Below are positions 1 through 9,585 of a stretch of 47,331 nt of DNA, in pieces; the first letter of the stretch is position 1; the number at the start of each line of letters is the position of its first letter. Origin of the DNA: Nitrospirota bacterium (GTDB lineage Bacteria > Nitrospirota > Nitrospiria > Nitrospirales > NS-4). The notes beneath the pieces are model-generated. The model did no database searches, was not told the origin of the DNA, and worked only from the letters and a program-made list of their open reading frames with translations. The stretch spans positions 1 through 47,331 of the forward strand of contig VBOK01000077.1 of NCBI GenBank assembly GCA_005877565.1. The letters run 5' to 3'. Position numbers and translations under genes: made by a program.

Positions 1-195
1 GGCTTCCGTCAGGTCAGGGTGCGGGTCCACGGCGGGGACGCGCGGGTCGAGGTGGGGCAGGATGAACTCGTGCGGCTCTTCGAACCTAAGATGCGTGACC
101 GCGTGACCAGCAGGCTCGCCGCACTGGGTTTCGACACCGTGATCCTCGACCCCGCTGGCTACCGCCAAGGAAGCGCAAACCGGCTTACCAGGTAG
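1..195 (+). CDS. 3' end of a LarE-like PP-loop ATP-utilising enzyme (partial, start lies outside the window)
   Basis: The frame is open from the window edge to TAG at 193-195. The translation GFRQVRVRVHGGDARVEV...LGFDTVILDPAGYRQGSANR resembles the conserved C-terminal tail of TIGR00268/LarE-type proteins. Confidence 0.5.
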   Translation, partial: GFRQVRVRVHGGDARVEVGQDELVRLFEPKMRDRVTSRLAALGFDTVILDPAGYRQGSANRLTR

Positions 196-196
196 T

Positions 197-574
197 TCAG
201 GACTGGGAGTCTGCCCTCAGCAGTTCTCGCACTTTACTGACAAGGGACTCGATGGGGAAGGGCTTTTGGAGAAAGTTTGCCATGTCGGGATCCCGAAGCT
301 TCTCGCGGACGACCTCAAGCGGGTAACCGGAGATGTAGAGCACTTTCATGTGCGGGCGCGACGATGTCACCATGGAGGCCAATTCGCGCCCGTTAATCCC
401 AGGCATCATGACATCCGCGACCATCAAATGGATGGGGCCTTCATGCCGTCTGGCCATCAGGAGCGCCTCGCTGTTGACACGGGCCACCAAGACGGTGTAC
501 CCCTGCTGTTCGAGACTCTCCCGAAGCACTGCCCGGACCGACTCATCGTCGTCCACAAGCAGAATGGTCTCCAT
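197..574 (-). CDS. single-domain response regulator (CheY-like receiver)
   Basis: METILLVDDDESVR...MVADVMMPGINGREL...KVLYISGY...FLQKPF carries the receiver DD / D / K signature. ATG at 574 has an AAGGA Shine-Dalgarno about 11 nt upstream. The longer track ORF (to 628) has none. Confidence 0.85.
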   Translation of the reverse strand: METILLVDDDESVRAVLRESLEQQGYTVLVARVNSEALLMARRHEGPIHLMVADVMMPGINGRELASMVTSSRPHMKVLYISGYPLEVVREKLRDPDMANFLQKPFPIESLVSKVRELLRADSQS

Positions 575-777
575 ACCAGGAGCGTCCTTTCGCGTGGTGT
601 CACTCATACGAGTCAATCTTACCGCCATGCGGGCTTCTATGAAAGAGGTTAATTAGACAGGCCTGGGGTGTGCCTTGTGCACTCCGGCAGTCAGCACTAG
701 AATGAATGCCGCCTGAGGTCGCACGCTGTGAACCGTGAGCCCGCCAATGAGGACGGACGCCGCGAGAGGAGGAGACT

Positions 778-1083
778 ATGCCAATGTACGTGAGCCTGGT
801 GAAGTTCACGCGGGAAGGGATCATGACGATGAAGGAAGAGGGCATTGCCCGGTCCGACAAGGTGAAGAAGAACATCGAGGAGTTGGGCGGGAGACTGATC
901 GCCGCCTATTATTGTCTCGGGGAATACGATGTGGTGGCCATCCTACAGTTCCCGGACAACAAGACAGCTATGAAGGCGGCGGTCAAGAACGCCTCGATCG
1001 GGCACATCTCGATCACCACGATGCCGGCCTTGCCAAGGGATGAATGGGCCACGCTGTTGCGTGAGGTCTGGAAGAAGAAATGA
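778..1083 (+). CDS. GYD-domain protein
   Basis: 101 aa. MYVSLVKFT..G......GGRLIAAYYCLGEYDVVAI..FPD fits the GYD family pattern. GAGGAGGAG Shine-Dalgarno lies directly upstream. Confidence 0.75.
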   Translation: MPMYVSLVKFTREGIMTMKEEGIARSDKVKKNIEELGGRLIAAYYCLGEYDVVAILQFPDNKTAMKAAVKNASIGHISITTMPALPRDEWATLLREVWKKK

Positions 1084-1089
1084 TGTAGT

Positions 1090-1114
1090 GGGGACAGATT
1101 TCAAATCTGTCCCC
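1090..1114. terminator. perfect 10-11 bp GC-rich hairpin between convergent genes (possible bidirectional terminator, no U-tract)
   Basis: GGGGACAGAT-ttcaa-ATCTGTCCCC fills the gap between the GYD stop (1081-1083) and the atpF stop (1115-1117). Confidence 0.45.
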
Positions 1115-1624
1115 CTACGACTTCTCGAAGTCCTTGGCGACCGCGGTGAGGGCCTCGTCGGCCAGTCGCTTATGGTCGGCGTCCGTCAGGCTCCGCTCGA
1201 GCACTTTCTCGGCGACGCGCAGGCCCAGTTCGCCGGCGTAGCGGCGCACCTCCTCGAGCGCCTTGCGGCGCTCCTGCTCGATCTCACGGGCGGCATTCGC
1301 CTTGATCCGCTCCGCTTCGGCCGACATCCGGCGCTCGTTCTCTTCCATCATGTGCTGCGCCCGGACCTTGGCTTGGGCAATCATCTCCTCCGCTTCTTTT
1401 TGCGCGGACCTCATCTTGGCATCATACTCGGCCATCCGCCGTTCGGCTTCCGCACGCTGCCGCTCCGCCGCTTCGATGGTCTCGCGAATCTTCCGCTCCC
1501 TGGCATCTAAGTTCTCCAGAATCCACGGAAAGGCATATTTGTAGAGAATAAGGAGAAGGACGCCAAAAGACGCCCACTCCCAGAAAAGCAGCGATGAGAA
1601 GAACTGCGTGTCAAACTGTGGCAT
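1115..1624 (-). CDS. atpF: F0F1 ATP synthase subunit b
   Basis: 169 aa with an N-terminal TM helix followed by a long charged Ala/Glu/Arg-rich helix. Position is downstream of atpE. Confidence 0.9.
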   Translation of the reverse strand: MPQFDTQFFSSLLFWEWASFGVLLLILYKYAFPWILENLDARERKIRETIEAAERQRAEAERRMAEYDAKMRSAQKEAEEMIAQAKVRAQHMMEENERRMSAEAERIKANAAREIEQERRKALEEVRRYAGELGLRVAEKVLERSLTDADHKRLADEALTAVAKDFEKS

Positions 1625-1639
1625 GAGGACTTCGTCCTT

Positions 1640-1870
1640 TTACTTGCGCAGGCCCATGATGATGAAGGCAATCACAATTCCATAGAGGGCGATCGCTTCA
1701 ACGAGAGCGAACCCGATCCACATGTACTTGCCCACTCGACCCTCCGCTTCCGGCTGGCGGGCCACCGCCTCAATCATCTTCCCGAAGATGTACCCGATTC
1801 CCACGCCGGCGCCGGCGAACCCGGCGGCCGCCAATCCCATTCCCAACAGTGCAGCCGATGCAGCGTCCAT
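1640..1870 (-). CDS. atpE: F0F1 ATP synthase subunit c
   Basis: 76 aa hairpin proteolipid with a GxGxGxG helix, an ARQPE loop and a conserved carboxylate in LVEAIALY. Confidence 0.95.
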   Translation of the reverse strand: MDAASAALLGMGLAAAGFAGAGVGIGYIFGKMIEAVARQPEAEGRVGKYMWIGFALVEAIALYGIVIAFIIMGLRK

Positions 1871-1901
1871 TCAGCTTCTCCTTTCTCTGCGAGAGAGCCT
1901 G

Positions 1902-2795
1902 CTAGTGTGCGCCTTCGGCATGCCCATGCAGGGTGATGGCATCGCCGAGGTACACGCAGGTCAAGATCGTAAAAATGTAAGCCTGAATTAAGGCAATCCC
2001 GACTTCCAGGCCATTGATGGCGATGGAAAAGGCAAACGGGAGCCAACGGCTCCAGATCACGGTCAGGATCACTGGTATCAGAATGCACATCCCGACAAGA
2101 CCCCACGTGCCCGTGGCAGCGATGACCCGACGCCATCCCACAATCAATACAACCATGAGGATCAGGAGTCCGATTTTGACTGCCAGCGGGGCCGCTATCA
2201 AAGGAATTGAGACAACCATCCCAAAAAGGACAGCGAGAATCGTGTGCCCCGCCGTCATGTTGGCGAAGAGCCGGACCGCCAGTGAGAGCGGCCGCGCCAA
2301 TTGGCTGACGAGTTCGATCGGCACCATGAGGGGAAGCAGCAACACAGGAGTCCCCGCCGGCATCAGGATCCCGAGGAACTTGATACCGTGCAGCACGAAC
2401 CCGACAACGATGCTCATGCTGTACACGAACAACGCGAATGCTGCCGTGACCACGATCTGACTGGTCACGGTGTACGACCCGGGGATCAGCCCGAGGAGAT
2501 TGCAGAACAGAATGAACACAAACAGGGTCGCCACGAACGGAAAGAACTTCATGCCCTTCTCACCCATCGTGTCCATGATCATATTCCTGATGAACTCCAC
2601 CAAGATCTCGGCAAGGCTCTGCAGTCTCGTCGGGACGAGCCGCTGCTGTCTGGCTGCCACGATCAATAGGGAGGAGGCCAGGACGATGATGATCCACATC
2701 ATCACCACGGCTTTGTTCGGAGAAATATCCAGCCCGAACAGCGACAGCGACCCATAGGGGTGCAGTTCAAAGGGGTGGAGGGGGTTGCTTTCCAT
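1902..2795 (-). CDS. atpB: F0F1 ATP synthase subunit a (with an extra hydrophobic insertion)
   Basis: Carries the RLFANMTAGH essential-Arg motif and a C-terminal LIQAYIFTILT motif. At 297 aa it is longer than usual. Confidence 0.9.
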   Translation of the reverse strand: MESNPLHPFELHPYGSLSLFGLDISPNKAVVMMWIIIVLASSLLIVAARQQRLVPTRLQSLAEILVEFIRNMIMDTMGEKGMKFFPFVATLFVFILFCNLLGLIPGSYTVTSQIVVTAAFALFVYSMSIVVGFVLHGIKFLGILMPAGTPVLLLPLMVPIELVSQLARPLSLAVRLFANMTAGHTILAVLFGMVVSIPLIAAPLAVKIGLLILMVVLIVGWRRVIAATGTWGLVGMCILIPVILTVIWSRWLPFAFSIAINGLEVGIALIQAYIFTILTCVYLGDAITLHGHAEGAH

Positions 2796-2798
2796 GGC

Positions 2799-3008
2799 TC
2801 AAAGACGTGACGCAGTCCGATACACGTTCAACAGACCCGCAGACATGCCCAGGAAGACACCAATGACTATGCCGAATGGACTGGAGCTGAAATACGAGTC
2901 GGCCAGGTACCCCAAACCGCCGCCCACGATCAGGGCAGCCACCAGTTCGACGCCGATCCGCGCGGCGATCGAGAGGCCTTTCCGGAACGCATCGGGCTGA
3001 TCAACCAT
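2799..3008 (-). CDS. atpZ: AtpZ/AtpI-family small membrane protein
   Basis: 69 aa from ATG 3008 with two TM helices (GVELVAALIVGGGLGYLAD, GIVIGVFLGMSAGLLNVY). It sits directly upstream of atpB. Confidence 0.7.
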   Translation of the reverse strand: MVDQPDAFRKGLSIAARIGVELVAALIVGGGLGYLADSYFSSSPFGIVIGVFLGMSAGLLNVYRTASRL

Positions 3009-3235
3009 GAAACCCAGCGTCTGCGGCTTCCACCGGGCCAAGGACGCGTCCTGGCGTGTCCGGGGCGGGCGGGTTGAGATATCGCGAAGTCTCGGCTGAG
3101 CGGCGTTCAAATTGCTCCGGTGAAAAATCGCGCGCCATCTAAACAGAATCGCTGAGGGAAGTCAAGGTTGCAGGATGCCTTGCTGGGGCCGTAACCGGTG
3201 AGTTAAGATGCCGCACACACCGAGGGCTCCTCACA

Positions 3236-4708
3236 GTGTTTCGAACCTCGCGCGAATCCTTCCTGAAGGCTTCCCCGCCCATCCCGCTGGCGACCGTCCT
3301 GCCGCTCCCGGTCTGCTCGACGTTCGAGCTCTACCAGCGCCTGGCTGGGGATGCGCGCTGCCCCGTGCTGCTGGAGAGCGGCCAGGGGCCCAGTGGTGTC
3401 GCCCCGGGACCGCGGTACTCGATCATCGGCGCCGATCCCGCGTTCCTGTTTCGCGGCACAGGATCACGCGTGGGCTGGTGCGCAAGAGGCGAGGAATGGA
3501 TCATCCGTGCCGGGGATCCACTGGCGGTGCTCCAAGACCTGCTCTCCCGCATGGCCGTCTCCCGCCCTTCCGGCTTCCCTCCATTTTATGGGGGCGCCGT
3601 CGGCTATTTCGGCTATGACGTGGCCCGCTGGTTTGAGCGTCTCCCCCATCCACCGCCCGATGACCTGGGTCTCCCCGATCTGGAGCTCGCCTTCCTCGAC
3701 CTCGTGGCCGTCGCGGACCACCACCAGAAAGAGTTGTGGCTCCTCTTCTGTCCCTTCGGGGAGCGCTTCATCAAGGAGTCGCGTGAGGAACTCTATGAAG
3801 AAGGGCAGGCTCGGCTGCTGGCGCTAGAGACCCGGCTGACAGGGTTGCTGCCAGTCTTGCCCGACACGAGCCCGCAGGGTCTGCCGCACGTGACACCCGG
3901 CATGTCAGAGGCCGACTATACGGATCGGGTGCGCCGGTGCCTCGACTACATTGCAGCCGGGGACATCTATCAGGCCAATCTGTCCCATCGATTTGCCGTC
4001 GATTTGGGCGGGCGGTCGTCGCGCTCCATCTACCGCCGCCTGCGCGAGATCAATCCCGCGCCTTTCGCCGCCTTGCTCGAACTGCCGGACGTCACACTGG
4101 TCAGTTGCTCGCCGGAACGGCTCGTGCGGATCAGCGGGCCCGAGGTGGAGACCCGGCCGATCGCCGGCACCCGCCCGCGCGGCGCCTCCACGGACGAGGA
4201 CCGTCTCCTGATCGAAGACCTCCTGATGAGCCCGAAAGAGCGAGCCGAGCACATCATGCTCGTGGACCTGGAACGCAACGACCTCGGACGCGTGTGTACC
4301 TACGGCAGCGTCCGCGTGGACGAGTTCATGGTCGTCGAGCGCTATTCGCACGTCAGTCACATTGTGACCAACATCCGCGGCCGGCTCGCGCCCGGCAAGG
4401 ATGCGCTGGAGGTACTCCGCGCGGTCTTCCCGGGAGGAACCGTGACAGGCGTGCCAAAGGTCCGCTGCATGGAGATCATCGACGAACTGGAGCCGATCCG
4501 CCGCGGGCCCTATACCGGCTCCATCGGTTATCTCAGCCCGAGCGGCGACCTGGACCTGAATATCATCATCCGGACGTTGGTCATCGCGGGCGAGCGCGCC
4601 TACTTACAGGTGGGCGCGGGCATCGTTGCGGACTCCGACCCCGCGCGTGAATACCAGGAGACCCTGTACAAGGCCGAAGCGCTTCTCAAGGCGCTGAGGG
4701 AATCCTGA
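3236..4708 (+). CDS. pabB: aminodeoxychorismate synthase component I (chorismate-binding enzyme; TrpE not excluded)
   Basis: Chorismate-binding motifs SPERLV, IAGTRPRG, ERAEHIMLVDLERNDLGRV, FPGGTVTGVPK and GPYTGSIGY are present. The start is GTG. A class IV aminotransferase/lyase gene follows directly. Confidence 0.75.
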   Translation: MFRTSRESFLKASPPIPLATVLPLPVCSTFELYQRLAGDARCPVLLESGQGPSGVAPGPRYSIIGADPAFLFRGTGSRVGWCARGEEWIIRAGDPLAVLQDLLSRMAVSRPSGFPPFYGGAVGYFGYDVARWFERLPHPPPDDLGLPDLELAFLDLVAVADHHQKELWLLFCPFGERFIKESREELYEEGQARLLALETRLTGLLPVLPDTSPQGLPHVTPGMSEADYTDRVRRCLDYIAAGDIYQANLSHRFAVDLGGRSSRSIYRRLREINPAPFAALLELPDVTLVSCSPERLVRISGPEVETRPIAGTRPRGASTDEDRLLIEDLLMSPKERAEHIMLVDLERNDLGRVCTYGSVRVDEFMVVERYSHVSHIVTNIRGRLAPGKDALEVLRAVFPGGTVTGVPKVRCMEIIDELEPIRRGPYTGSIGYLSPSGDLDLNIIIRTLVIAGERAYLQVGAGIVADSDPAREYQETLYKAEALLKALRES

Positions 4709-4711
4709 GCG

Positions 4712-5578
4712 ATGTGGATTTATCTGAATAACCGGTTCGTGTCGAAAGAGGAGGCAAAGATTTCAGTCTTCGATCACGGCTTCCTGTACGGCGACGGCGT
4801 CTTCGAGACGCTGCGGGCGTATCACAGAAAGTTCCTCATGTTGAGCGAGCACATCACCCGCCTGGAACAGTCGGCGGCCCGCCTTCATATCGCCATGCCG
4901 GTCAAGCGCAGCCGGTTGAATGCCATCGTCGCGGAATCGCTCGAGCTGAACAAGTTGACGGACGCCTATCTCCGGATCACGGTCTCGCGTGGTCAAGGTG
5001 AGATCGGACTGGATCCAGCGCTCTGCAAGACTCCCACGCTGGTGGTCATCGCCAAGCCCTTTGAGCCGTGTCCTGAATCGTTCTACACGGACGGGGTGGC
5101 GGTGGCGGTCGTACAGACCAGACGCAACTTGCCGGAAGCCCTGCCGCCGCATGTCAAATCCCTGAATTACCTCAACAACATTCTGGCGAAGATGGAGGCG
5201 ACGGCGCTCGGAGCCTACGACGCCGTGTTGCTGAATCATCACGGAGAGGTGACCGAAGGGACAACCAGCAATGTGTTCGTGGCCCTTGGAGGCCGCCTTC
5301 TGACGCCCGCACATGACTGCGGCATCCTTGCCGGCATCACCCGCAACCTGGTGTTGCAACTGGCACGCGAACTGGAGATCCCAACAGAAGAGACGCGGCT
5401 GACCGCGGCTGACCTCCCGATCGCCGACGAATGCTTCCTGACCAATACGACCGTGGAGGTGTTGCCGGTGACGCAGGTGGATGGACAGAAAATCGGAAAC
5501 GGACAGCCGGGCGAGATCACCCGACGGCTGCATACTTCATTTCGGGACAGTCTTGGTCGGTTCCTTGCCGGCCGTTGA
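4712..5578 (+). CDS. pabC: class IV aminotransferase fold, aminodeoxychorismate lyase-like
   Basis: FDHGFLYGDGVFETLRAY, LRITVSRG and EGTTSNVF are present. It lies 4 nt downstream of pabB. Confidence 0.65.
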   Translation: MWIYLNNRFVSKEEAKISVFDHGFLYGDGVFETLRAYHRKFLMLSEHITRLEQSAARLHIAMPVKRSRLNAIVAESLELNKLTDAYLRITVSRGQGEIGLDPALCKTPTLVVIAKPFEPCPESFYTDGVAVAVVQTRRNLPEALPPHVKSLNYLNNILAKMEATALGAYDAVLLNHHGEVTEGTTSNVFVALGGRLLTPAHDCGILAGITRNLVLQLARELEIPTEETRLTAADLPIADECFLTNTTVEVLPVTQVDGQKIGNGQPGEITRRLHTSFRDSLGRFLAGR

Positions 5579-6871
5579 CCGGTCGGCGATCCGCTCGACT
5601 TTGACCTTGGATACGCGCCGATCCCCGAGATCCACCACGGTAAACTTGTAGTCCCCGTGGTAGAAAACCTCGCCGCCGCGCGGGAGCCCCTGGATCTGGT
5701 AGGTGATGAACCCGCCGAGCGTCTCGTAGTCCGGCGATGCGGGGATCGGCAGCCCGTATTCCGACACGAGGTCCTTGACCGGCATCGAAGCGTCGACCAG
5801 GATCGCGCCGTCCTTGAGGCGTTCCACCGGCTTCTCTTCGGTGTCGTACTCGTCCTGGATTTCGCCGACGATCTCCTCAATCAGGTCCTCCAGCGTGACC
5901 AGCCCCTCGACGCTGCCGTACTCGTTGACCACGATCGCCATGTGGATGCGGCGGCGCTGCATCTCTTTCAGTAACACGCTGACCTTCATGGCTTCGGGAA
6001 CGTAATAGACGGGATGCAGCAACTCTTTAAGGTTCAATGGCTTGCCTGCTGCGACCTGACTCAAGAGGTCTTTCTGGTAGAGGATGCCGAGCATTTCGTT
6101 GAGGCCCTTCCGGTACACCGGGTAGCGGGAGAACTTGTTCTCGTCGATGTACTTCAGCAGGTCCGGAGTCGGGGTGTCGATCTGGATGGCGCACATCTTC
6201 GGGCGACGGATCATCACTTCCTTCACCGACATGTCGGTGAACTCAAACACACTGTGGATCAGCTCCTGCTCGGTCCTGTCGAAGACGCCCTTCTCGCGGC
6301 CTTCCTGCATGAGCAGGTTGATTTCTTCCGCGGAGATAAAGACCTTCTCCCCCTGGGCGGCCTTGCCGAGCACGCGCAAAACGCCTCGGCTGGACATGGC
6401 GAGGGGACGAATGCCCCAGGCCGCCACGCGGGCGAACCATTCCAGGGGACGCGCCGCAAACAGCGCCAGGCGCTCGGGGTTTTTGAGCGCCAGTATCTTG
6501 GGGACGAGTTCGCCCAGCACGAGCGAGAAGTACGAGATGATGAGTACCACGATGCCAATCGAAATCGGTTCGGCCAAGGCCCGCACCAAAGCCACGGGTG
6601 CCGCCTCGAAGACAGGCTTCAGGTGGTCGATCGCGACCACGCCACCCATGGCAGCTGCCGAGGCGCCCGCGACCGTGATGCCGATCTGGGTGGTCGCCAG
6701 GAAACGTTCGGAGTCCTCCTGAAAGCCCTGGACGAGACGGGCCTTGGCGTTCTTCGCCTCGACCAGTTGTTTGATCCGACTGCGCCGCGTGTTGACGATG
6801 GCCAACTCGGCGCAGGCGAAGAAGCCGTTCAGGAGGATGAGGGCAGCAATGGTGATGAGTTCGACCCACAT
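5537..6871 (-). CDS. hemolysin/CNNM-family membrane protein (DUF21 + CBS pair + CorC_HlyC)
   Basis: The N-terminal multi-TM DUF21 region has NGFFACAELA. A CBS pair and a C-terminal transporter-associated domain follow. Its 3' end overlaps pabC by 42 nt, convergently. Confidence 0.8.
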   Translation of the reverse strand: MWVELITIAALILLNGFFACAELAIVNTRRSRIKQLVEAKNAKARLVQGFQEDSERFLATTQIGITVAGASAAAMGGVVAIDHLKPVFEAAPVALVRALAEPISIGIVVLIISYFSLVLGELVPKILALKNPERLALFAARPLEWFARVAAWGIRPLAMSSRGVLRVLGKAAQGEKVFISAEEINLLMQEGREKGVFDRTEQELIHSVFEFTDMSVKEVMIRRPKMCAIQIDTPTPDLLKYIDENKFSRYPVYRKGLNEMLGILYQKDLLSQVAAGKPLNLKELLHPVYYVPEAMKVSVLLKEMQRRRIHMAIVVNEYGSVEGLVTLEDLIEEIVGEIQDEYDTEEKPVERLKDGAILVDASMPVKDLVSEYGLPIPASPDYETLGGFITYQIQGLPRGGEVFYHGDYKFTVVDLGDRRVSKVKVERIADRSTAGKEPTKTVPK

Positions 6872-7071
6872 AAAGATTTCAGCCTGCGGACCTTGCCTCC
6901 GGTTTAGGTGGTTATTGTAGCCGAAGCGCTCGTACGATTCACACGTTTCCTGTCAAAAAGCGATAAGACCATCAAAATACTCAAAGATCGCCCGGTTTCA
7001 CGGATGAGAATGTTTATGACAAGTTCGACAGGTCGTTGACACCCCAGAAGGGGTTGGCTATTGTGAGCCGC

Positions 7072-7938
7072 ATGTCGCAGAACCTTTGCGCATATGGGTT
7101 GGCTGGCGGCCTTGCTTGCCTGCTGCTCCTGGGCGTCTCTTCGCAAGACGTCAGGGGGGAACCGCTCTATCAGTATAAGGATGAGAACGGAGTCATGCAC
7201 TTTTCCAACGTCCCGACCGATCCTCGCTATCGAACAGTGATCGCGAACGACCGCATGCAAATCGGTGGCTCTCCGGTCGTTCCCAGCCAGACAGCCATGG
7301 CGCTCTCCTCGCAGCTCAGCGAGCCCAGCGCGTCGCGTTCCGGTGACTCGATCTATCGGCACGTGGACCGGAACGGCGTGATTCACTTCACCAATGTTCC
7401 GACGAGCCCTCGCTACAAAAAGATGCGGGACCCGCGTGCGTTCACTCAGCTCCAGCCGAAGCGGCTCTCGCCCGCCCTGCACCGGACGATCACACAGACC
7501 TCGCTGGCGTACCGCATGAGCCCGGCACTGGTTCGGGCCGTCATCGAGGCCGAATCGGCGTACGATCCCAACGCCGTCTCGTCCAAGGGCGCCATGGGGT
7601 TGATGCAGTTGATGCCGGAGATGGCGTGGTCCCTGAACGTTGCGAACCCCTATGACCCAAAGCAGAACATCGCCGGTGGAGTCCGGCACCTTCGCTACCT
7701 GCTGGACCGCTTCGGGGGTAACCTGGAACTGGCCCTGGCGGCCTACCACGCGGGGGAAACCCGCGTATCGCGCGAGAGCCGGATTCCGCGGATCAGCGAA
7801 ACCCAGCAATACGTTCGCAAGGTCATCCGCTTCTACCAGAGTTTCTCCAGGGATGGAGGAGGGAGCGACCGGCCCTACGCCGCCGAAGGCCAACCGCTCG
7901 TGACTCGGCGCTTCGTCAATTACCTCAGCCCGAATTAG
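7072..7938 (+). CDS. secreted lytic transglycosylase (SLT domain) with two DUF4124-like repeats
   Basis: Signal peptide from ATG 7072. There is an internal duplication (YKDENGVMHFSNVPTDPRY and YRHVDRNGVIHFTNVPTSPRY), then the SLT motif AVIEAESAYDPNAVSSKGAMGLMQLMP. Confidence 0.8.
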   Translation: MSQNLCAYGLAGGLACLLLLGVSSQDVRGEPLYQYKDENGVMHFSNVPTDPRYRTVIANDRMQIGGSPVVPSQTAMALSSQLSEPSASRSGDSIYRHVDRNGVIHFTNVPTSPRYKKMRDPRAFTQLQPKRLSPALHRTITQTSLAYRMSPALVRAVIEAESAYDPNAVSSKGAMGLMQLMPEMAWSLNVANPYDPKQNIAGGVRHLRYLLDRFGGNLELALAAYHAGETRVSRESRIPRISETQQYVRKVIRFYQSFSRDGGGSDRPYAAEGQPLVTRRFVNYLSPN

Positions 7939-7949
7939 GCTTCCGCAAC

Positions 7950-9584
7950 CTACGCTTTCACGCCAGCTCCTCTGACCCGCGCACGACCGGGCGCTTCGGT
8001 ACGCAGTTGGGTATGGCGATCCCACCCGCTTGCAAACTCTTCAGGATGGTCGGAGCGGAAATGCGCCCCCAGGCTGTGCTCGCGTTGCAGCGCCGCCGTC
8101 GCGACCAAATGGCCCACGGTGACCATGTTCTGGACCTCCAACTCACGGCGCGTCCGGCAGCGGTCTCTGAGCCGCTCCTCCCATTTCTCCAGTTGCGCGA
8201 GCGCGGAGAGCAGCCCCTGCTTGCTCCGGATGATGCCGACCTTCTCCCACATCAAACGCCTTAACGAGTTGAGCAGCTTCTCCATGTCCAGGTGATCACC
8301 GTGATCGTCCTCCGCCTCTCCGGCCGCCACGTCCGGCGCGACAGTGGTCCCGCGCCCGGGGAGCATGCCACTGGCGTACTCGGCGGCAGCCTCGACCGCG
8401 CGGGCCCCGAAGACCAACCCTTCCAGTAACGAATTGCTGGCTAGGCGGTTCGCGCCGTGGACCCCCGTGCAGGCTACTTCTCCGGCGGCGAACAGTCCCG
8501 GCACGCTCGTAGCCCCTCGCGCGTCCGTTCGCACCCCGCCCATCATGAAATGCGCACTCGGACAGACCGGGATCATCTCCTCCGTGATGTCCACGTCGTA
8601 CCGCAGACAGGTCGCGTAAATCGTCGGGAACCGTTCCCGGATGAAACCAGTGGCAAGGTGGGTCACGTCCAGGTAGACATGGCGGGCGGACGTCGCCACC
8701 ATCTCGTTCCAGATTGCGCGGGACACGATGTCGCGCGGGGCCATCTCGGCCATCTCATGGTAGCGCTTCATGAAGGCCTCGCCCTTGATGTTGCGGAGAA
8801 TACCCCCCTCCCCACGCATGGCCTCTGTGAGCAAAAACTGGGGTGTCGCCGGCAGATACAGGGCCGTCGGATGGAACTGGACGAACTCCATGTCTTCCAC
8901 GATCGCCCCGGCTCGATAGGCCATCGCCATCCCATCACCGGTGGCGACGGGTGGATTGGTGGTCCGGGCATAGAGCTGACCAGCCCCGCCCGTGGCCAGC
9001 ACCACGGCCTTTGCCTTGACCTGTTTCACCACCCCGGAGGATTCGTCCAGCTCGAGGGCGCCCACGCAGTGCCCTTGCGCATCCAGTAGCAGGTCGATGG
9101 TGAAGTGGTGGTCCCGCCAAGCGATCTGCGGCAGGGAGCGCGCCCTATTCAGGAGCACGCGAACCATTTCGGTGCCGGTCGCATCACCGCCGGCCCGCAG
9201 GATCCGATGCCGGCTGTGCGCGGCCTCGCGGGCCAGGGCATAGCCGTCCCCTGCACGATCGAAGCGGGCACCCCACCGGATCAGTTCCTGAACCCGGGCC
9301 GGGCCTTCCTCGACGAGCACCTGCACGGCTTCCGGCCGACACAGCCCTTTCCCCGCGCGCAAGGTATCGTCGCGGTGCAATGCGATATCGTCCTCCTCGG
9401 AGGCGACTGCCACACCGCCTTGCGCGTAGATGGAACTGCCTTCGGCAGGGCTGCCCTTCGTCAACATGAGGACGCGGCCGGCCTGGCTCAAGCCGATGGC
9501 CGTCCGCAATCCGGCGACGCCGCTTCCGATGACGAGGAAATCGGCGGCCGGCAGGGTCGGCATGGCGGAGCGGCGTTGGGGCAT
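7950..9584 (-). CDS. nadB: L-aspartate oxidase
   Basis: FAD fingerprint DFLVIGSGVAGL and succinate dehydrogenase/fumarate reductase-type flavoprotein motifs throughout. ATG 9584 has GAGGGGA 7 nt upstream. ATG 9563 is an alternative start. Confidence 0.9.
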   Translation of the reverse strand: MPQRRSAMPTLPAADFLVIGSGVAGLRTAIGLSQAGRVLMLTKGSPAEGSSIYAQGGVAVASEEDDIALHRDDTLRAGKGLCRPEAVQVLVEEGPARVQELIRWGARFDRAGDGYALAREAAHSRHRILRAGGDATGTEMVRVLLNRARSLPQIAWRDHHFTIDLLLDAQGHCVGALELDESSGVVKQVKAKAVVLATGGAGQLYARTTNPPVATGDGMAMAYRAGAIVEDMEFVQFHPTALYLPATPQFLLTEAMRGEGGILRNIKGEAFMKRYHEMAEMAPRDIVSRAIWNEMVATSARHVYLDVTHLATGFIRERFPTIYATCLRYDVDITEEMIPVCPSAHFMMGGVRTDARGATSVPGLFAAGEVACTGVHGANRLASNSLLEGLVFGARAVEAAAEYASGMLPGRGTTVAPDVAAGEAEDDHGDHLDMEKLLNSLRRLMWEKVGIIRSKQGLLSALAQLEKWEERLRDRCRTRRELEVQNMVTVGHLVATAALQREHSLGAHFRSDHPEEFASGWDRHTQLRTEAPGRARVRGAGVKA

Positions 9585-9585
9585 C

